DNA from: Candidatus Omnitrophota bacterium
GTDB taxonomy: Bacteria > Omnitrophota > Omnitrophia > Omnitrophales > Aquincolibacteriaceae
Reading direction: 5' to 3'
DNA length: 64,000 nucleotides
NCBI GenBank assembly: GCA_903884815.1
Contig: CAISGE010000032.1
Location: 69,978 to 133,977 of the forward strand
Position 1 is the first letter of the stretch. Each line of letters opens with the position of its first letter. The notes below the pieces were generated by a model, which saw only the letters and a program-made list of their open reading frames with translations, was not told the origin of the DNA and did not search any database. The position numbers and the translations under genes were made by a program. This document shows positions 29,169 through 38,799 of this stretch, one piece after another.

Positions 29169-29779
29169 AAAAGAATATTCTGGTGCTGGACGTTGAGACG
29201 CAGAAATCCTTCAAGGAAATCGGGAAATCGAAGGCGATGAGCCTTTCGAAGCTCAAAGTTTCGGTCGTCTGCGTGTACGATTATCTGACGGAGGCGTACA
29301 GTTCGTACGAAGAAAAGGATATGATGAAGTTCGGCGAGCGTCTCCAGACGGCCGACCTACTCATCGGGTTCAATATCCGGCGCTTTGACATGGCGGTGCT
29401 CCAGCCCTATCTCTTCCGGCCGGTCGAGCAGTTTCCGGTGCTGGATCTTCTAGACGATATCGAGAAGGCCCGCGGGCACCGGGTGAGTCTCGACAGCGTC
29501 GCGCGCGCGACGGTCAAAGAAGGAAAGTCCGGCGACGGCGCCGAGGCCCTCGTGCTGTTTAAGGAAGGACGCATGGAGGAACTCAAGAAATATTGCCTTG
29601 ATGACGTGCGCCTGACCAAGAATGTTTATGAGTATGGCTGCAAAGAGGGGAATATTTTTTTTACATCGACATGGGATTTCAAGACCCATGAGGTTCCGGT
29701 GAACTGGAATCAAGCGACCGACGATTTTCTCAACAAAAAGACACGGACACAGAATAATTTTCCGGCAAGTTTGTTTTAA
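29165..29779 (+). CDS. DnaQ-like 3'-5' exonuclease (DEDDy, RNase H fold)
   Basis: Exo I is VLDVET, Exo II is GFNIRRFD and Exo III is YCLDDV. The ATG overlaps the upstream stop (ATGA). Confidence 0.6.
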   Translation: MKKNILVLDVETQKSFKEIGKSKAMSLSKLKVSVVCVYDYLTEAYSSYEEKDMMKFGERLQTADLLIGFNIRRFDMAVLQPYLFRPVEQFPVLDLLDDIEKARGHRVSLDSVARATVKEGKSGDGAEALVLFKEGRMEELKKYCLDDVRLTKNVYEYGCKEGNIFFTSTWDFKTHEVPVNWNQATDDFLNKKTRTQNNFPASLF

Positions 29780-29859
29780 CGAACGCCCCTTTTAATTCCC
29801 GGTATTCCGCGGAATACCGGGAATTGATCGGGTAGCGAAAGTATAAGGATTTTTTAATT

Positions 29860-31092
29860 ATGACCGAACTGAGCCAATCGCCGTTGATCTATGTCAGCGT
29901 CTTCCTCCTGGGCCTGGGCCTCAACCTGACGCCGTGCATTTACCCCATGCTTTCGATCACCGTCTCTCTTTTTAGAAGTTCAGAGCATGAATCTCATGGG
30001 CGTGCATTCATTAAAGCCTTAGCTTATGTGCTCGGAATGGTGACGATGTATAGCGTGCTGGGTCTTGTCGCGGCAACGACGGGAAGATTCTTCGGCGAGT
30101 GGCTTCAAAACTCCTGGGTTCAGCTCGGGGCGGGGATCTTTGTGATCGGGCTTGCGTTCAGCATGCTGGGGCTTTATCAATTCCGTTTGCCCTCATGGCT
30201 GATGCCCTCGCATCGCGGTGTGGCCAAGAGAACACTGCTTAGTTTTTTTGTCTCCGGACTTCTGGTCGGGATCATCGCGGCTCCCTGTATGGGCCCTGCG
30301 GTGTTGGCGCTTCTCACCTTTGTGAGCAAGCAGCAGAACACGGCCTTCGGTTTTTCTCTATTCTTTGTCATGGCCCTTGGGCTCGGGCTTCCTTATCTTG
30401 TGCTTGGGACCTATTCCGGCCTTCTCGCGAAACTGCCGAGGTCGGGGGGGTGGATGGTTTGGATTGAACGGCTGATGGGCGTGGTGCTTCTGACCTTCGG
30501 TATCTCCTATGTCGCGATCGCCTTCCGCTGGCCGTTCCTGAATGCCATCGTGCCGTGGACGCTCGTCGCGGGTGGAATTTATCTTGGATGGATCGAGCGC
30601 TCGGCCCGGAGCTCCAGGGTTTTTTCAATCATCCAGCGGATCGCGGGAACGATCGCTGTGGTTCTCGGCTTTTTCTTTTTGCTCACGGTGAAGGAGAGTG
30701 TTGTTTGGGAAAAATATCATGCCGGAGTTCTTGAGGAAGCTCAGACGGCCGGACAGCCTGTGATCCTCGATTTTTACGCGGACTGGTGCATCCCTTGCCA
30801 TGAACTCGACCAATTTACTTACACGGATGTTCGGGTGATCAAGCTTTTGAGGAATTTCCGGCGGATCAAGGTTGATACCACCAATGTTGAAACGGAGGAG
30901 ATCCGCGATGCCATCAGCCGGTTCGACATCTTCGGCGTTCCGACCGTGCTTTTCCTGGATGCTCAGGGCGCGGAAGTGCCGGAACTTCGCATGAACGGCT
31001 TTGTGCCACCCGAGGAATTCATCGCGGCTGTCGGTGCCTCTCGGCTTGGAAAGATCTCGGGGAGCGTTAAGCGGGGAGTTGGGAACGCGTGA
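29860..31092 (+). CDS. DsbD-type thiol:disulfide interchange protein (CcdA-like TM domain + C-terminal thioredoxin domain)
   Basis: The TM region carries conserved Cys (LTPCIYP ... AAPCMGP). The C-terminal thioredoxin motif is DFYADWCIPCHE. Confidence 0.8.
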   Translation: MTELSQSPLIYVSVFLLGLGLNLTPCIYPMLSITVSLFRSSEHESHGRAFIKALAYVLGMVTMYSVLGLVAATTGRFFGEWLQNSWVQLGAGIFVIGLAFSMLGLYQFRLPSWLMPSHRGVAKRTLLSFFVSGLLVGIIAAPCMGPAVLALLTFVSKQQNTAFGFSLFFVMALGLGLPYLVLGTYSGLLAKLPRSGGWMVWIERLMGVVLLTFGISYVAIAFRWPFLNAIVPWTLVAGGIYLGWIERSARSSRVFSIIQRIAGTIAVVLGFFFLLTVKESVVWEKYHAGVLEEAQTAGQPVILDFYADWCIPCHELDQFTYTDVRVIKLLRNFRRIKVDTTNVETEEIRDAISRFDIFGVPTVLFLDAQGAEVPELRMNGFVPPEEFIAAVGASRLGKISGSVKRGVGNA

Positions 31093-31121
31093 CCCCGCTG
31101 TCGTTGTGCGCGCCCCTTGCC

Positions 31122-31150
31122 TTGACAAAGAGAGAGCCTGCTTCTATCCT
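31122..31150 (+). promoter_or_regulatory. Sigma70-type promoter (TTGACA-N17-TATCCT) upstream of the lptF/G-like gene
   Basis: TTGACA lies at 31122-31127, followed by a 17-nt spacer and TATCCT at 31145-31150. Confidence 0.45.
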
Positions 31151-31201
31151 TAGCGAGTATTTAGTTCTCGGTTTTTATCAACTTCAGAGAAATTGCTTAA
31201 A

Positions 31202-32302
31202 ATGAAAATTCTCCAGCGTTACGTCCTTAAAGAACTGATCTTGCCATGTCTTTTGTGCTTCTCGGTCCTCAGCTTTATCTTTATGGCGGGCTATCTTGTC
31301 AAAGCGGCGGATATGATCATCGGCCGCGGGGTGCCGTTCACGCAGACGCTCTACGTCCTTTTGCTCGTCTTGCCCTCCATTCTGAGTTATACCGCGCCGA
31401 TGAGCCTTCTGACCGGCGTGCTGATCGTGTTCGGGAGTATGTCCCAGAACAACGAATTCCGCGCCATGAAGGCTTCCGGGGTACATCCGTTGAAATACAT
31501 GATGCCGCCGCTTTTTCTGGGATTCGCGCTGAGTATGTTCATGTTTGTTTTTAATGACCAGGTGGGGCCGCCGGCCCGCTATGAGCTTCGCCGCGCGACG
31601 AAACGGATGATCATGCAGCATCCTATGGCCTTGATCGAGCCGGGCCGTTTCGTCAAGATCAGCCCCAGTATTCTTTTTCTTGCGAAGCGGGTTGAGGGGG
31701 ATTCCATGAAGGATATTGTGGCGCATGAGGGCGTGGATTCCGATAATCCTGTCAGGACGATTGTCGCGGAAAGCGGGAAAATGGTCATGGATTCCAATAC
31801 CGGGCAATTGGAGGTTCAGCTCTCGAACGGAAGTGTTTCAGAATCCCATGGCGACGGGATCCAGTCTGTTCAGTTCAGGACCTACAAGTTCCCCACGCTC
31901 GATGAAGATGACATCCGCAAGCTGGGAAAAAAGAAAAAGGACATGACGCTGGCGGAAGTCCTTGTGGAGATCTCGGAGTTTCTTGCGGACATTTCGGGGA
32001 ATGCCGATAAAAAAGGCGTGCGGGAACTCTGGACCGTATTTCACCAGCGGATCGCATTCGCGTTCGGCTCTCTGGTGTTCGCTTTTATGGGGATCCCGAT
32101 CGCCTCGATCGTGAAACGAGGGGAAGTGGTGATCAGCTTCGGGATCTCCATGGGCGCGACGTGTCTCTATTACGTCCTTTTCGCGGTCGCCCAGACGATC
32201 GCGCTGCGCGGCGGTCTGCCCCCGATGATCTGCCTTTGGCTTCCGAACATTCTCCTGATCGGGGTCGGCTCTTTTCTCCTCCGCAAAGCCATCCTGTCCT
32301 AA
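31202..32302 (+). CDS. LPS export ABC permease, LptF/LptG (YjgP/YjgQ) family
   Basis: The N-terminus ILQRYVLKELILPCLLCFSVLSFIF matches the family, with a 6-TM topology and a periplasmic loop. Confidence 0.8.
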   Translation: MKILQRYVLKELILPCLLCFSVLSFIFMAGYLVKAADMIIGRGVPFTQTLYVLLLVLPSILSYTAPMSLLTGVLIVFGSMSQNNEFRAMKASGVHPLKYMMPPLFLGFALSMFMFVFNDQVGPPARYELRRATKRMIMQHPMALIEPGRFVKISPSILFLAKRVEGDSMKDIVAHEGVDSDNPVRTIVAESGKMVMDSNTGQLEVQLSNGSVSESHGDGIQSVQFRTYKFPTLDEDDIRKLGKKKKDMTLAEVLVEISEFLADISGNADKKGVRELWTVFHQRIAFAFGSLVFAFMGIPIASIVKRGEVVISFGISMGATCLYYVLFAVAQTIALRGGLPPMICLWLPNILLIGVGSFLLRKAILS

Positions 32303-32475
32303 AAAAATACGAATTACGAAGCTCGAATTTCGAAACAAAACCTAATTTTAGAAATTCAAAATACCCCGTTTGGCTCATTCCGCTATCCGAATTTTGGATT
32401 TGTCTCAGATTTCGATATTCGGATTCCGGTTTGAATTCTTGCTCGGTAAATATCAAAAGGCTTATATGCGGTTGT

Positions 32476-33285
32476 TCAGCAACTGATCTTCAGATAATTC
32501 TTGATCCTGGCTTTCCAGCCGCGAAGACGTTTGGAGCAATCCTTGTCGGGCGGCGCGTTCCGCGTTCTGTTCTCCAGGACTTTTTTCGCGGCCCGGACGA
32601 ATTCTTCTAGAGCCGCCTCTTTTTTTTCAGGCAGGCGCATTTCTTGCAGGACTTGCAGGAGTCCCCACCCCTGGCCCTTGGTACGCTCACTCTCCAGGAT
32701 CCCCTCGCCTTTAAAATTCACATAATCGATCAGGGCGAACATCCCCTTGGGATCGTCCGCGATCTCTTTGAATTTTAATTCGATCGCGGGCCGTTCCGTC
32801 TCGGGGATCGTCGCGAGCATCCGGGGAAGGATCCCCTCGACCCGGAGGATGATAAATTGCGCCTGAAACCCCTGGGTCTTTTCAAGAAAATCCCTGAGGG
32901 TCGTCATGCGCTCGCTTGGCAGATCCGCGAGGAACGCCTCACGGGTCGGCCACGGCGCCACACGCTCGGGAAGCGCAGTGATCCAGGGAGGGATCGGTTC
33001 TTTTTGGACTTCCAGGAATGAGAGAAGTTCGGGAAAGAGTTCTTTGTAGGGCCCTTTAGTGCCGGCGGGATACCAGATGAAATGTCCGATCCCGAAAGAC
33101 GGGAAAGCTTCGTCAGGATTCCAGGTGGTGAGCCATTCTTTTTTTCCGGAGCATTCATTGAAGAAAATCATTTTTTGGAGGCAGCCCAGTTCATCGGCGG
33201 TCATGGGCGTGTCCAGTGGCGATGTGGCCAGGACGGGCGAAGCAAGGATCCATAAAAGCAGGAACCCAAGCGCGAATATTCTCAA
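32476..33285 (-). CDS. Hypothetical secreted protein
   Basis: The start was taken at the TTG that gives signal peptide MRIFALGFLLLWILASPVLATSPL. No family was recognised. Confidence 0.5.
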   Translation of the reverse strand: MRIFALGFLLLWILASPVLATSPLDTPMTADELGCLQKMIFFNECSGKKEWLTTWNPDEAFPSFGIGHFIWYPAGTKGPYKELFPELLSFLEVQKEPIPPWITALPERVAPWPTREAFLADLPSERMTTLRDFLEKTQGFQAQFIILRVEGILPRMLATIPETERPAIELKFKEIADDPKGMFALIDYVNFKGEGILESERTKGQGWGLLQVLQEMRLPEKKEAALEEFVRAAKKVLENRTRNAPPDKDCSKRLRGWKARIKNYLKISC

Positions 33286-33382
33286 GATGTCCTCTGGGGC
33301 GGAGGTGAAGTAATAAGCAACGGAAATCTTGGGGATTTTATCTTTGTGGCTTTTGGAAAGCAATAGAACTTAAAAGAAAATA

Positions 33383-34390
33383 TCAGATCTTCAGAAGGTG
33401 ACAGAGATCGGCGGGGGATTTGGCGATGAAGTCCGGGTGAACAGCTTCGAGTTCTTTCATGGCTTGAAAGGGATTGGACGCCAGCATCGGGAACGCAACG
33501 GATCGTATGGAGAGAGTCTCCTTGGCCCGGTTCGCGGCGAGGACATCGTCCGGAAGATCCCCGACGTAAAGGAATTTCTTTTTGGCGCCGAGGGTTTGCG
33601 CGGTTTTGATGATCGAGAAAGGATGGGGTTTCCTCAGGGATTCTTTCCGTTCGCGTTCTTCTTTTTTCACGTCATCCATGGTGGTCATGGCATCAAAGAG
33701 GTCCGCGATCCCGAAATGTTTGAGCGCGTGCGAGGCCTCATAAAGAGAACGGCCGGTCGCGATACCGAGCTTCATCCCGCGGCTTTTCATTTTTTCGAGA
33801 AGCGGCCGTTTGAAGAGGAGCTTCTCACGGTGAATGAGCCCCCGTTTTTTCCAATAGCGCATGCGGTTCATCGTGACGCGTGGGAAAATATCCTTGCCCA
33901 GATAGATCTCCTGGAAGATGCGGGCCACTTTTTCGATGGTCACCGTCGTGGGCCGTCCGAAAAGGGCGGTGATGCCCGCGACTTTTAGCGGTCTTTGTTT
34001 GATGCTCTTGGCGAACTTGTCGATATTCACTAATTTTTTAAGGCCGTCCAGGGTCCTGTTCTTGACCGGAAGCGACAAGAGATAGACCAGAAGGCCGTAA
34101 CAGCAGTCCCAATCATCATTGAGACCGCCCAAGAGCTTGAACTGGTCGACATCCTCGGAAGTCAGCAGGCTAGGAAACTTGCCTCCTGCCGAGCGGCTGA
34201 AAAAGGGAATCGGACCGTGTGTGAGGTAGAGTTCTACCGTGTCCCGGATGGCCTCAAGATAGGAGAGGCGGGTATCCACAAGAACATTATCAATATCAAA
34301 AATGACAGCGTCGGCCTGTATCTTTTCGACCGGGGGCCGCGGGGGAACGGGAGATTTTAACGGGGCTTTCTTAGAGATTTTTCGTTTCAT
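33383..34390 (-). CDS. HAD-superfamily phosphatase with large cap domain
   Basis: DIDNVLVD is motif I (DxDxV), GIATGRS is motif II-like, and K...YVGDLPDDV is motif III/IV. Confidence 0.6.
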   Translation of the reverse strand: MKRKISKKAPLKSPVPPRPPVEKIQADAVIFDIDNVLVDTRLSYLEAIRDTVELYLTHGPIPFFSRSAGGKFPSLLTSEDVDQFKLLGGLNDDWDCCYGLLVYLLSLPVKNRTLDGLKKLVNIDKFAKSIKQRPLKVAGITALFGRPTTVTIEKVARIFQEIYLGKDIFPRVTMNRMRYWKKRGLIHREKLLFKRPLLEKMKSRGMKLGIATGRSLYEASHALKHFGIADLFDAMTTMDDVKKEERERKESLRKPHPFSIIKTAQTLGAKKKFLYVGDLPDDVLAANRAKETLSIRSVAFPMLASNPFQAMKELEAVHPDFIAKSPADLCHLLKI

Positions 34391-34439
34391 AAGGCTAGTT
34401 TACGCCCTCCCACGGGCCATGTAAAGAATGTTATTCGGA

Positions 34440-35453
34440 CTAAACTGCGAGGAATTTCTTGAAAAGAAGGATCTTTTTCGAAGAGAGGTCGAAATCAATA
34501 TCTCGGGGAAGTGAGCATCGGAATCGGGACTGTCGAAGCCCCCGACGCAGACGATCCCAGGCCTCAAAGGACAATCCGCTTTGACGGTCCAGTTTCTTAA
34601 GGGCCCTCTCGACAAGGCGAAATTGAAGGGCCGGGTGGCATTTCAGAAAAGGCGTGCGGCGTAGCTCCAGTTCTCCGGTGCGGATCTTCTTGAACGTTTT
34701 TTTCCAAGCCTTTTCTTCCAGTTCTTCGATGAGTTCGCTTTCTTCCGTGACGATCGCCGGAATGCGCGCAAGAGCTTCCGCCACGCGGGGATTGAAATCG
34801 CGCTGGAGGGAGGGGATCAATTGGAGCCGGATACGGTTCCGAAGGTACTGCGTGGAATCGTTACTGCGATCTTTCCGGAAAGTGACTTTGGCCGCACGGA
34901 GAAATAAGAGAAGATCTTTTTTCGTAAAGGCGAGAAGTGGGCGAATGAAGGAAACGCCCCGGAGGGAATGCGTCTCGCGAATCCCCTGAAGACCCCGCAA
35001 CCCTGTTCCCTGGAGGAGACGCATCAGCACGGTCTCGGCTTGATCTCCGAGCGTGTGCGCCAGGACGACCTTTTTGATCCCGAGATGTTTTGCCGTTTTC
35101 AGGAAAAAGTCATAGCGCATTTTCCGCGCGGCTTCTTCGATCGAAGTTTTTGTTGCCCGAGCTTCGCACTTCACATCCCCGGAGCCACCGTAATAATCCA
35201 GGCCGAGTTTGTGTGCAAGACCGCGGACAAACTTGGCGTCGGTCCTGGAAGCGGGGCGCAACCGGTGATCATAATGAAGGATACCGATGCGCCACCGGTT
35301 TCCCAGGGCTAGACGCGCCATCAAATGGACAAGCGCGACCGAATCCGGTCCTCCGGAACACGCGACGAGGATCCTATCGCCGGGTTTGAAGAAAGACCTG
35401 TCCCGGAGCTGTGCTTCAAAACGATGCGGAAAATCTTGCGAGGTTTGGATCAT
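34440..35453 (-). CDS. tilS: tRNA(Ile)-lysidine synthetase
   Basis: A PP-loop (ILVACSGGPDSVAL) and the TilS-typical downstream motifs (TLGDQAETVLMRLLQGTG) are present. Confidence 0.85.
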   Translation of the reverse strand: MIQTSQDFPHRFEAQLRDRSFFKPGDRILVACSGGPDSVALVHLMARLALGNRWRIGILHYDHRLRPASRTDAKFVRGLAHKLGLDYYGGSGDVKCEARATKTSIEEAARKMRYDFFLKTAKHLGIKKVVLAHTLGDQAETVLMRLLQGTGLRGLQGIRETHSLRGVSFIRPLLAFTKKDLLLFLRAAKVTFRKDRSNDSTQYLRNRIRLQLIPSLQRDFNPRVAEALARIPAIVTEESELIEELEEKAWKKTFKKIRTGELELRRTPFLKCHPALQFRLVERALKKLDRQSGLSFEAWDRLRRGLRQSRFRCSLPRDIDFDLSSKKILLFKKFLAV

Positions 35454-35474
35454 GTGCTCCCTTGAGGAATAAAT

Positions 35475-35551
35475 TGGTGCCGGGGGCCAGGATTGAACTG
35501 GCGACCTAGGGCTTATGAGTCCCTCGCTCTAGCCAACTGAGCTACCCCGGC
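35475..35551 (-). tRNA. tRNA with CAU anticodon (Met elongator or Ile2/lysidine type), 77 nt including CCA
   Basis: The sequence GCCGGGGTAGCTCAGTTGGCTAGAGCGAGGGACTCATAAGCCCTAGGTCGCCAGTTCAATCCTGGCCCCCGGCACCA folds as a cloverleaf. The acceptor pairs GCCGGGG/CCCCGGC, the loop CUCAUAA places CAU at positions 34-36, and the T-loop is TTCAATC. It lies 21 nt upstream of tilS on the same strand. Confidence 0.85.
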
Positions 35552-35927
35552 ATAAATCTAGGGCGGAAAGATGAAACCTGTTACTTCAGAAATTGAGGCG
35601 TGAGTCAATGGCCCTGACTACCTTTAATTCTCAAAAAGCCAGGATTGCGCGCCCCCGGCACAGACATGCGAAAAGGTCATTTGAGGCCGGGTATATTAAC
35701 ACAGCTTCTCGTGAACGCACAAGCACGGTTCAACGGACGGCTGTGCGGCGCGGCGGGCCAAAGGCTCCTTGCTTAAACAGCTTGGATATCTTCAAACTCC
35801 CATGCTAAACTACGGCTCCTTTGCCTCCTAAAAATGAGCACCGCATAACATTTGAAACTAGAGGTATGCGGCACAGTACTGTGAACCTCTGAAATTATAG
35901 GAGAACAGTGCTAGAGAGAGTTGAAAA

Positions 35928-37883
35928 ATGACGCCTGTTAATAAGCCAAAGAAAAATTTACAACGTCCCAAGAACGGTCGCAAGCTGCCCCCGAAACCAG
36001 GAGAGCCGGATCGTAAACGGCTGGTCGCTCTTTTTCTCATCCCTCTGGGAATTTTTCTTCTCCTTCAGATGTTCGTATTTCCCAGTTTTGAACTGAAGGA
36101 ACTCAGCTACTCTGAGTTTTACCGGATGCTCGGTCGTAACTCCGAGACCGGCGAGATCCTTTCCTGCGACTTGGTGGATAATGTCATCCAGGGGAAGATG
36201 ATCACAGGTTCTTTCTTTCAGGTGCATATCCCTTACAATGACCCTGAAATGCTTCCGATGATTCGCAAGAACGTCGCGAATTTTACCGTGACCCCGCCGC
36301 AAACCTTCTGGCGTAATTTTTTCGCGGGGATATTCCCGACGCTTCTTTTAATCGGCTTCTTCTGGTTCTTTGTGTACCGCGGCGTGCAGCAGGGAGGCGG
36401 CAAGGTTTTTTCCTTCGGGAAATCCCGCGCCAAGCTCGTCGATAAGGAAAAAAGTCCGATCACGTTCAAAGATGTCGCCGGGGTCGACGAGGCCAAGGAA
36501 GAACTCCAGGAGATCATCGAATTCTTGAAAGATCCGTTGCGCTTTACGAAACTGGGGGGGCGTATCCCCAAAGGCGTTCTCCTGATGGGGCCTCCGGGAA
36601 CGGGAAAGACCCTCCTGGCGAAGGCGGTTGCCGGCGAAGCGGAAGTGCCTTTTTTCTCCATCAGCGGCTCGGATTTTGTCGAGATGTTCGTGGGTGTTGG
36701 TGCGGCGCGTGTGCGCGATCTTTTTGAACAGGCCAAGCGCGCGGCGAAAGCAGGCGGCAAAGGCGCGATCATTTTTATCGATGAGATCGACGCGGTCGGC
36801 CGGCAGCGCTTTGCCGGGATCGGCGGGGGGCATGACGAGCGGGAGCAGACCCTTAACGCACTTCTCGTGGAAATGGACGGATTTGACACGCAGGCCGGTG
36901 TCATCCTGATCTCGTCTACGAATCGCCCGGATGTGCTGGATCCCGCGCTGCTCCGTCCCGGGCGTTTTGACCGGCAGGTTGTGGTCCCTTTGCCGGACCT
37001 GGTCGGTCGGGAAGCGATCCTGAAAGTTCATGCGATCAAGGTGAAACTGGATCCCGCGGTGGATTTCAAGACGATCGCCAAGCAAACGACTTATTTTTCC
37101 GGCGCTGACCTGGCGAATCTGGTCAATGAAGCCGCTCTTTTGGCCGCCCGTCTTAACAAGGAAACGGTCGGCATGGTCGAGCTTCAGGAATCGATCGAGC
37201 GTGTAATGGCCGGGCCACAGCGTAAGAGCAAGAAAGTTTCGGACAAGGAGCGCAAGATCGTCGCGCATCATGAAGCGGGGCACGCGCTGGTGGCGCTCAT
37301 GACGCCGGGCGCAGATCCCGTCCATAAAGTGACGATCATTCCACGCGGTTTGGCCGGCGGTTACACGGTGACCCTGCCGGAAGAGGATCGTACTTTGCAT
37401 AGCCGTACCTTCTTTCTGGCGGAAATCCCGGTTTTGATGGGGGGGCGGGTCGCCGAGGAACTTATTTTCGGAGACATTACGACCGGCGCGCATAACGATC
37501 TTCAGAAAGCCACCCATATCGCACGGGAAATGGTTTGCCGTTTCGGGATGAGCAAGAAGCTCGGGCCGGTGGTGTTCGGCAAAGAGGGCGGCGGGATGGT
37601 TTTTCTGGGTCGCGATCTCATGGATGAAAAAAATTATTCTGAGGAAACCGCGCAGGCGATCGACTCCGAAATCAAACGGATCATCGAGGAAGGCTATGAA
37701 CTCTCGAAAAAGATCCTGACGGAGAATCGCGACAAGCTCGAGGCTTTAGCTTCTTTACTCCTGGAAAAGGAAACGCTGGATGCCGAGGAGATCAAGAAAG
37801 TCACCGGTCTTCAGGTTGCGGCGGCTCCTGATGGCGGGATTGTCGCCCCGACCCTTGATCTAGGCGGGAAACCCGTCGCGTGA
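35928..37883 (+). CDS. ftsH: ATP-dependent zinc metalloprotease FtsH
   Basis: It has N-terminal TM helices, the AAA motifs GPPGTGKT and SRF, and the HEAGHA zinc motif. Confidence 0.9.
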   Translation: MTPVNKPKKNLQRPKNGRKLPPKPGEPDRKRLVALFLIPLGIFLLLQMFVFPSFELKELSYSEFYRMLGRNSETGEILSCDLVDNVIQGKMITGSFFQVHIPYNDPEMLPMIRKNVANFTVTPPQTFWRNFFAGIFPTLLLIGFFWFFVYRGVQQGGGKVFSFGKSRAKLVDKEKSPITFKDVAGVDEAKEELQEIIEFLKDPLRFTKLGGRIPKGVLLMGPPGTGKTLLAKAVAGEAEVPFFSISGSDFVEMFVGVGAARVRDLFEQAKRAAKAGGKGAIIFIDEIDAVGRQRFAGIGGGHDEREQTLNALLVEMDGFDTQAGVILISSTNRPDVLDPALLRPGRFDRQVVVPLPDLVGREAILKVHAIKVKLDPAVDFKTIAKQTTYFSGADLANLVNEAALLAARLNKETVGMVELQESIERVMAGPQRKSKKVSDKERKIVAHHEAGHALVALMTPGADPVHKVTIIPRGLAGGYTVTLPEEDRTLHSRTFFLAEIPVLMGGRVAEELIFGDITTGAHNDLQKATHIAREMVCRFGMSKKLGPVVFGKEGGGMVFLGRDLMDEKNYSEETAQAIDSEIKRIIEEGYELSKKILTENRDKLEALASLLLEKETLDAEEIKKVTGLQVAAAPDGGIVAPTLDLGGKPVA

Positions 37884-37930
37884 TCTGGAAGATCCGAAAC
37901 AATACGGTTTCTTTTGGAAGGACCCTGATC

Positions 37931-38713
37931 ATGGGGGTCCTGAACATCACGCCGGACTCCTTTTCAGATGGCGGATGTTATCTCGACCCTGACGCGGCGT
38001 GCGCGCAGGCGGTGAAACTGGTGGCGGAGGGCGCGGACATTCTCGATCTTGGTGCCGAATCCACGCGGCCGGGTGCGCTCCCTATCACGGAGCAGGAAGA
38101 GTTGCAGCGGCTGATGCCGGTCCTGGAGAGAATTCGCAAAGAAATCTCAGCGCCTCTTTCCATTGATACGGTCAGGCCGGAAGTCGCGAAGCGATGTCTT
38201 GAGGCCGGGGCCGACATCATCAACGATGTGAGTGGGCTAAAACGCTCCGGGCCTGAAATGGCCAAGATTGCCGGGAAGTTCGGGGCGGGGCTTGTGCTGA
38301 TGCATAGACGAGGCACGCCGACGACCATGCAGACTTTGACCGATTATGGCGATGTGGTTGCTGATGTCATAAGCGAACTTCGGGAAAGCATCCAGATCGC
38401 GACTGAGGCCGGGCTTGACCGGGAGCATCTCGTAATCGACCCGGGGTTTGGGTTCGCGAAGACGGTGAAACAGAATCTCGAGATCCTCAAAAAAATAAGC
38501 GTGTTCCATGAATTGGGGTTGCCCGTCTTGGCGGGACCCTCCCGTAAATCTTTTATCGGCCAGGTGACGGGACGCCAGGCAACGGACCGGGAGTTTGGGA
38601 CAGCCGCTTGCGTGGCGGTATGCGTGACCGGGGGAGTTCAGATTCTTCGAGTGCATGACACCGGCGCAATGTGGGATGTGATCAAAATCATAGAAGCCAT
38701 TAAGGGAATATAA
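37931..38713 (+). CDS. folP: Dihydropteroate synthase
   Basis: The sequence IMGVLNITPDSFSDGG...ILDLGAESTRPG is the FolP signature. The start was placed at the ATG with a GGAAGGA RBS. An upstream GTG at 37880 is possible. Confidence 0.85.
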   Translation: MGVLNITPDSFSDGGCYLDPDAACAQAVKLVAEGADILDLGAESTRPGALPITEQEELQRLMPVLERIRKEISAPLSIDTVRPEVAKRCLEAGADIINDVSGLKRSGPEMAKIAGKFGAGLVLMHRRGTPTTMQTLTDYGDVVADVISELRESIQIATEAGLDREHLVIDPGFGFAKTVKQNLEILKKISVFHELGLPVLAGPSRKSFIGQVTGRQATDREFGTAACVAVCVTGGVQILRVHDTGAMWDVIKIIEAIKGI

Positions 38714-38799
38714 CAAGAACCTTCTTTTTCGTCAGGGAAGTTCCGAAATTCCAATAATATTCAACTGCCAATAACCAAACGAAATAGGCGAGGTTTCGG

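Noticed and set aside
35593-35808. A 71-aa ORF in the tRNA-ftsH intergenic region.
   Set aside because: It has no RBS and a basic low-complexity sequence. The region more likely holds divergent promoters. I looked for RNase P, SRP, 6S and tmRNA signatures and found none.
36348-37517. A 389-aa minus-strand ORF opposite ftsH.
   Set aside because: It is antisense to FtsH, whose AAA and HEAGH motifs are clear on the + strand.
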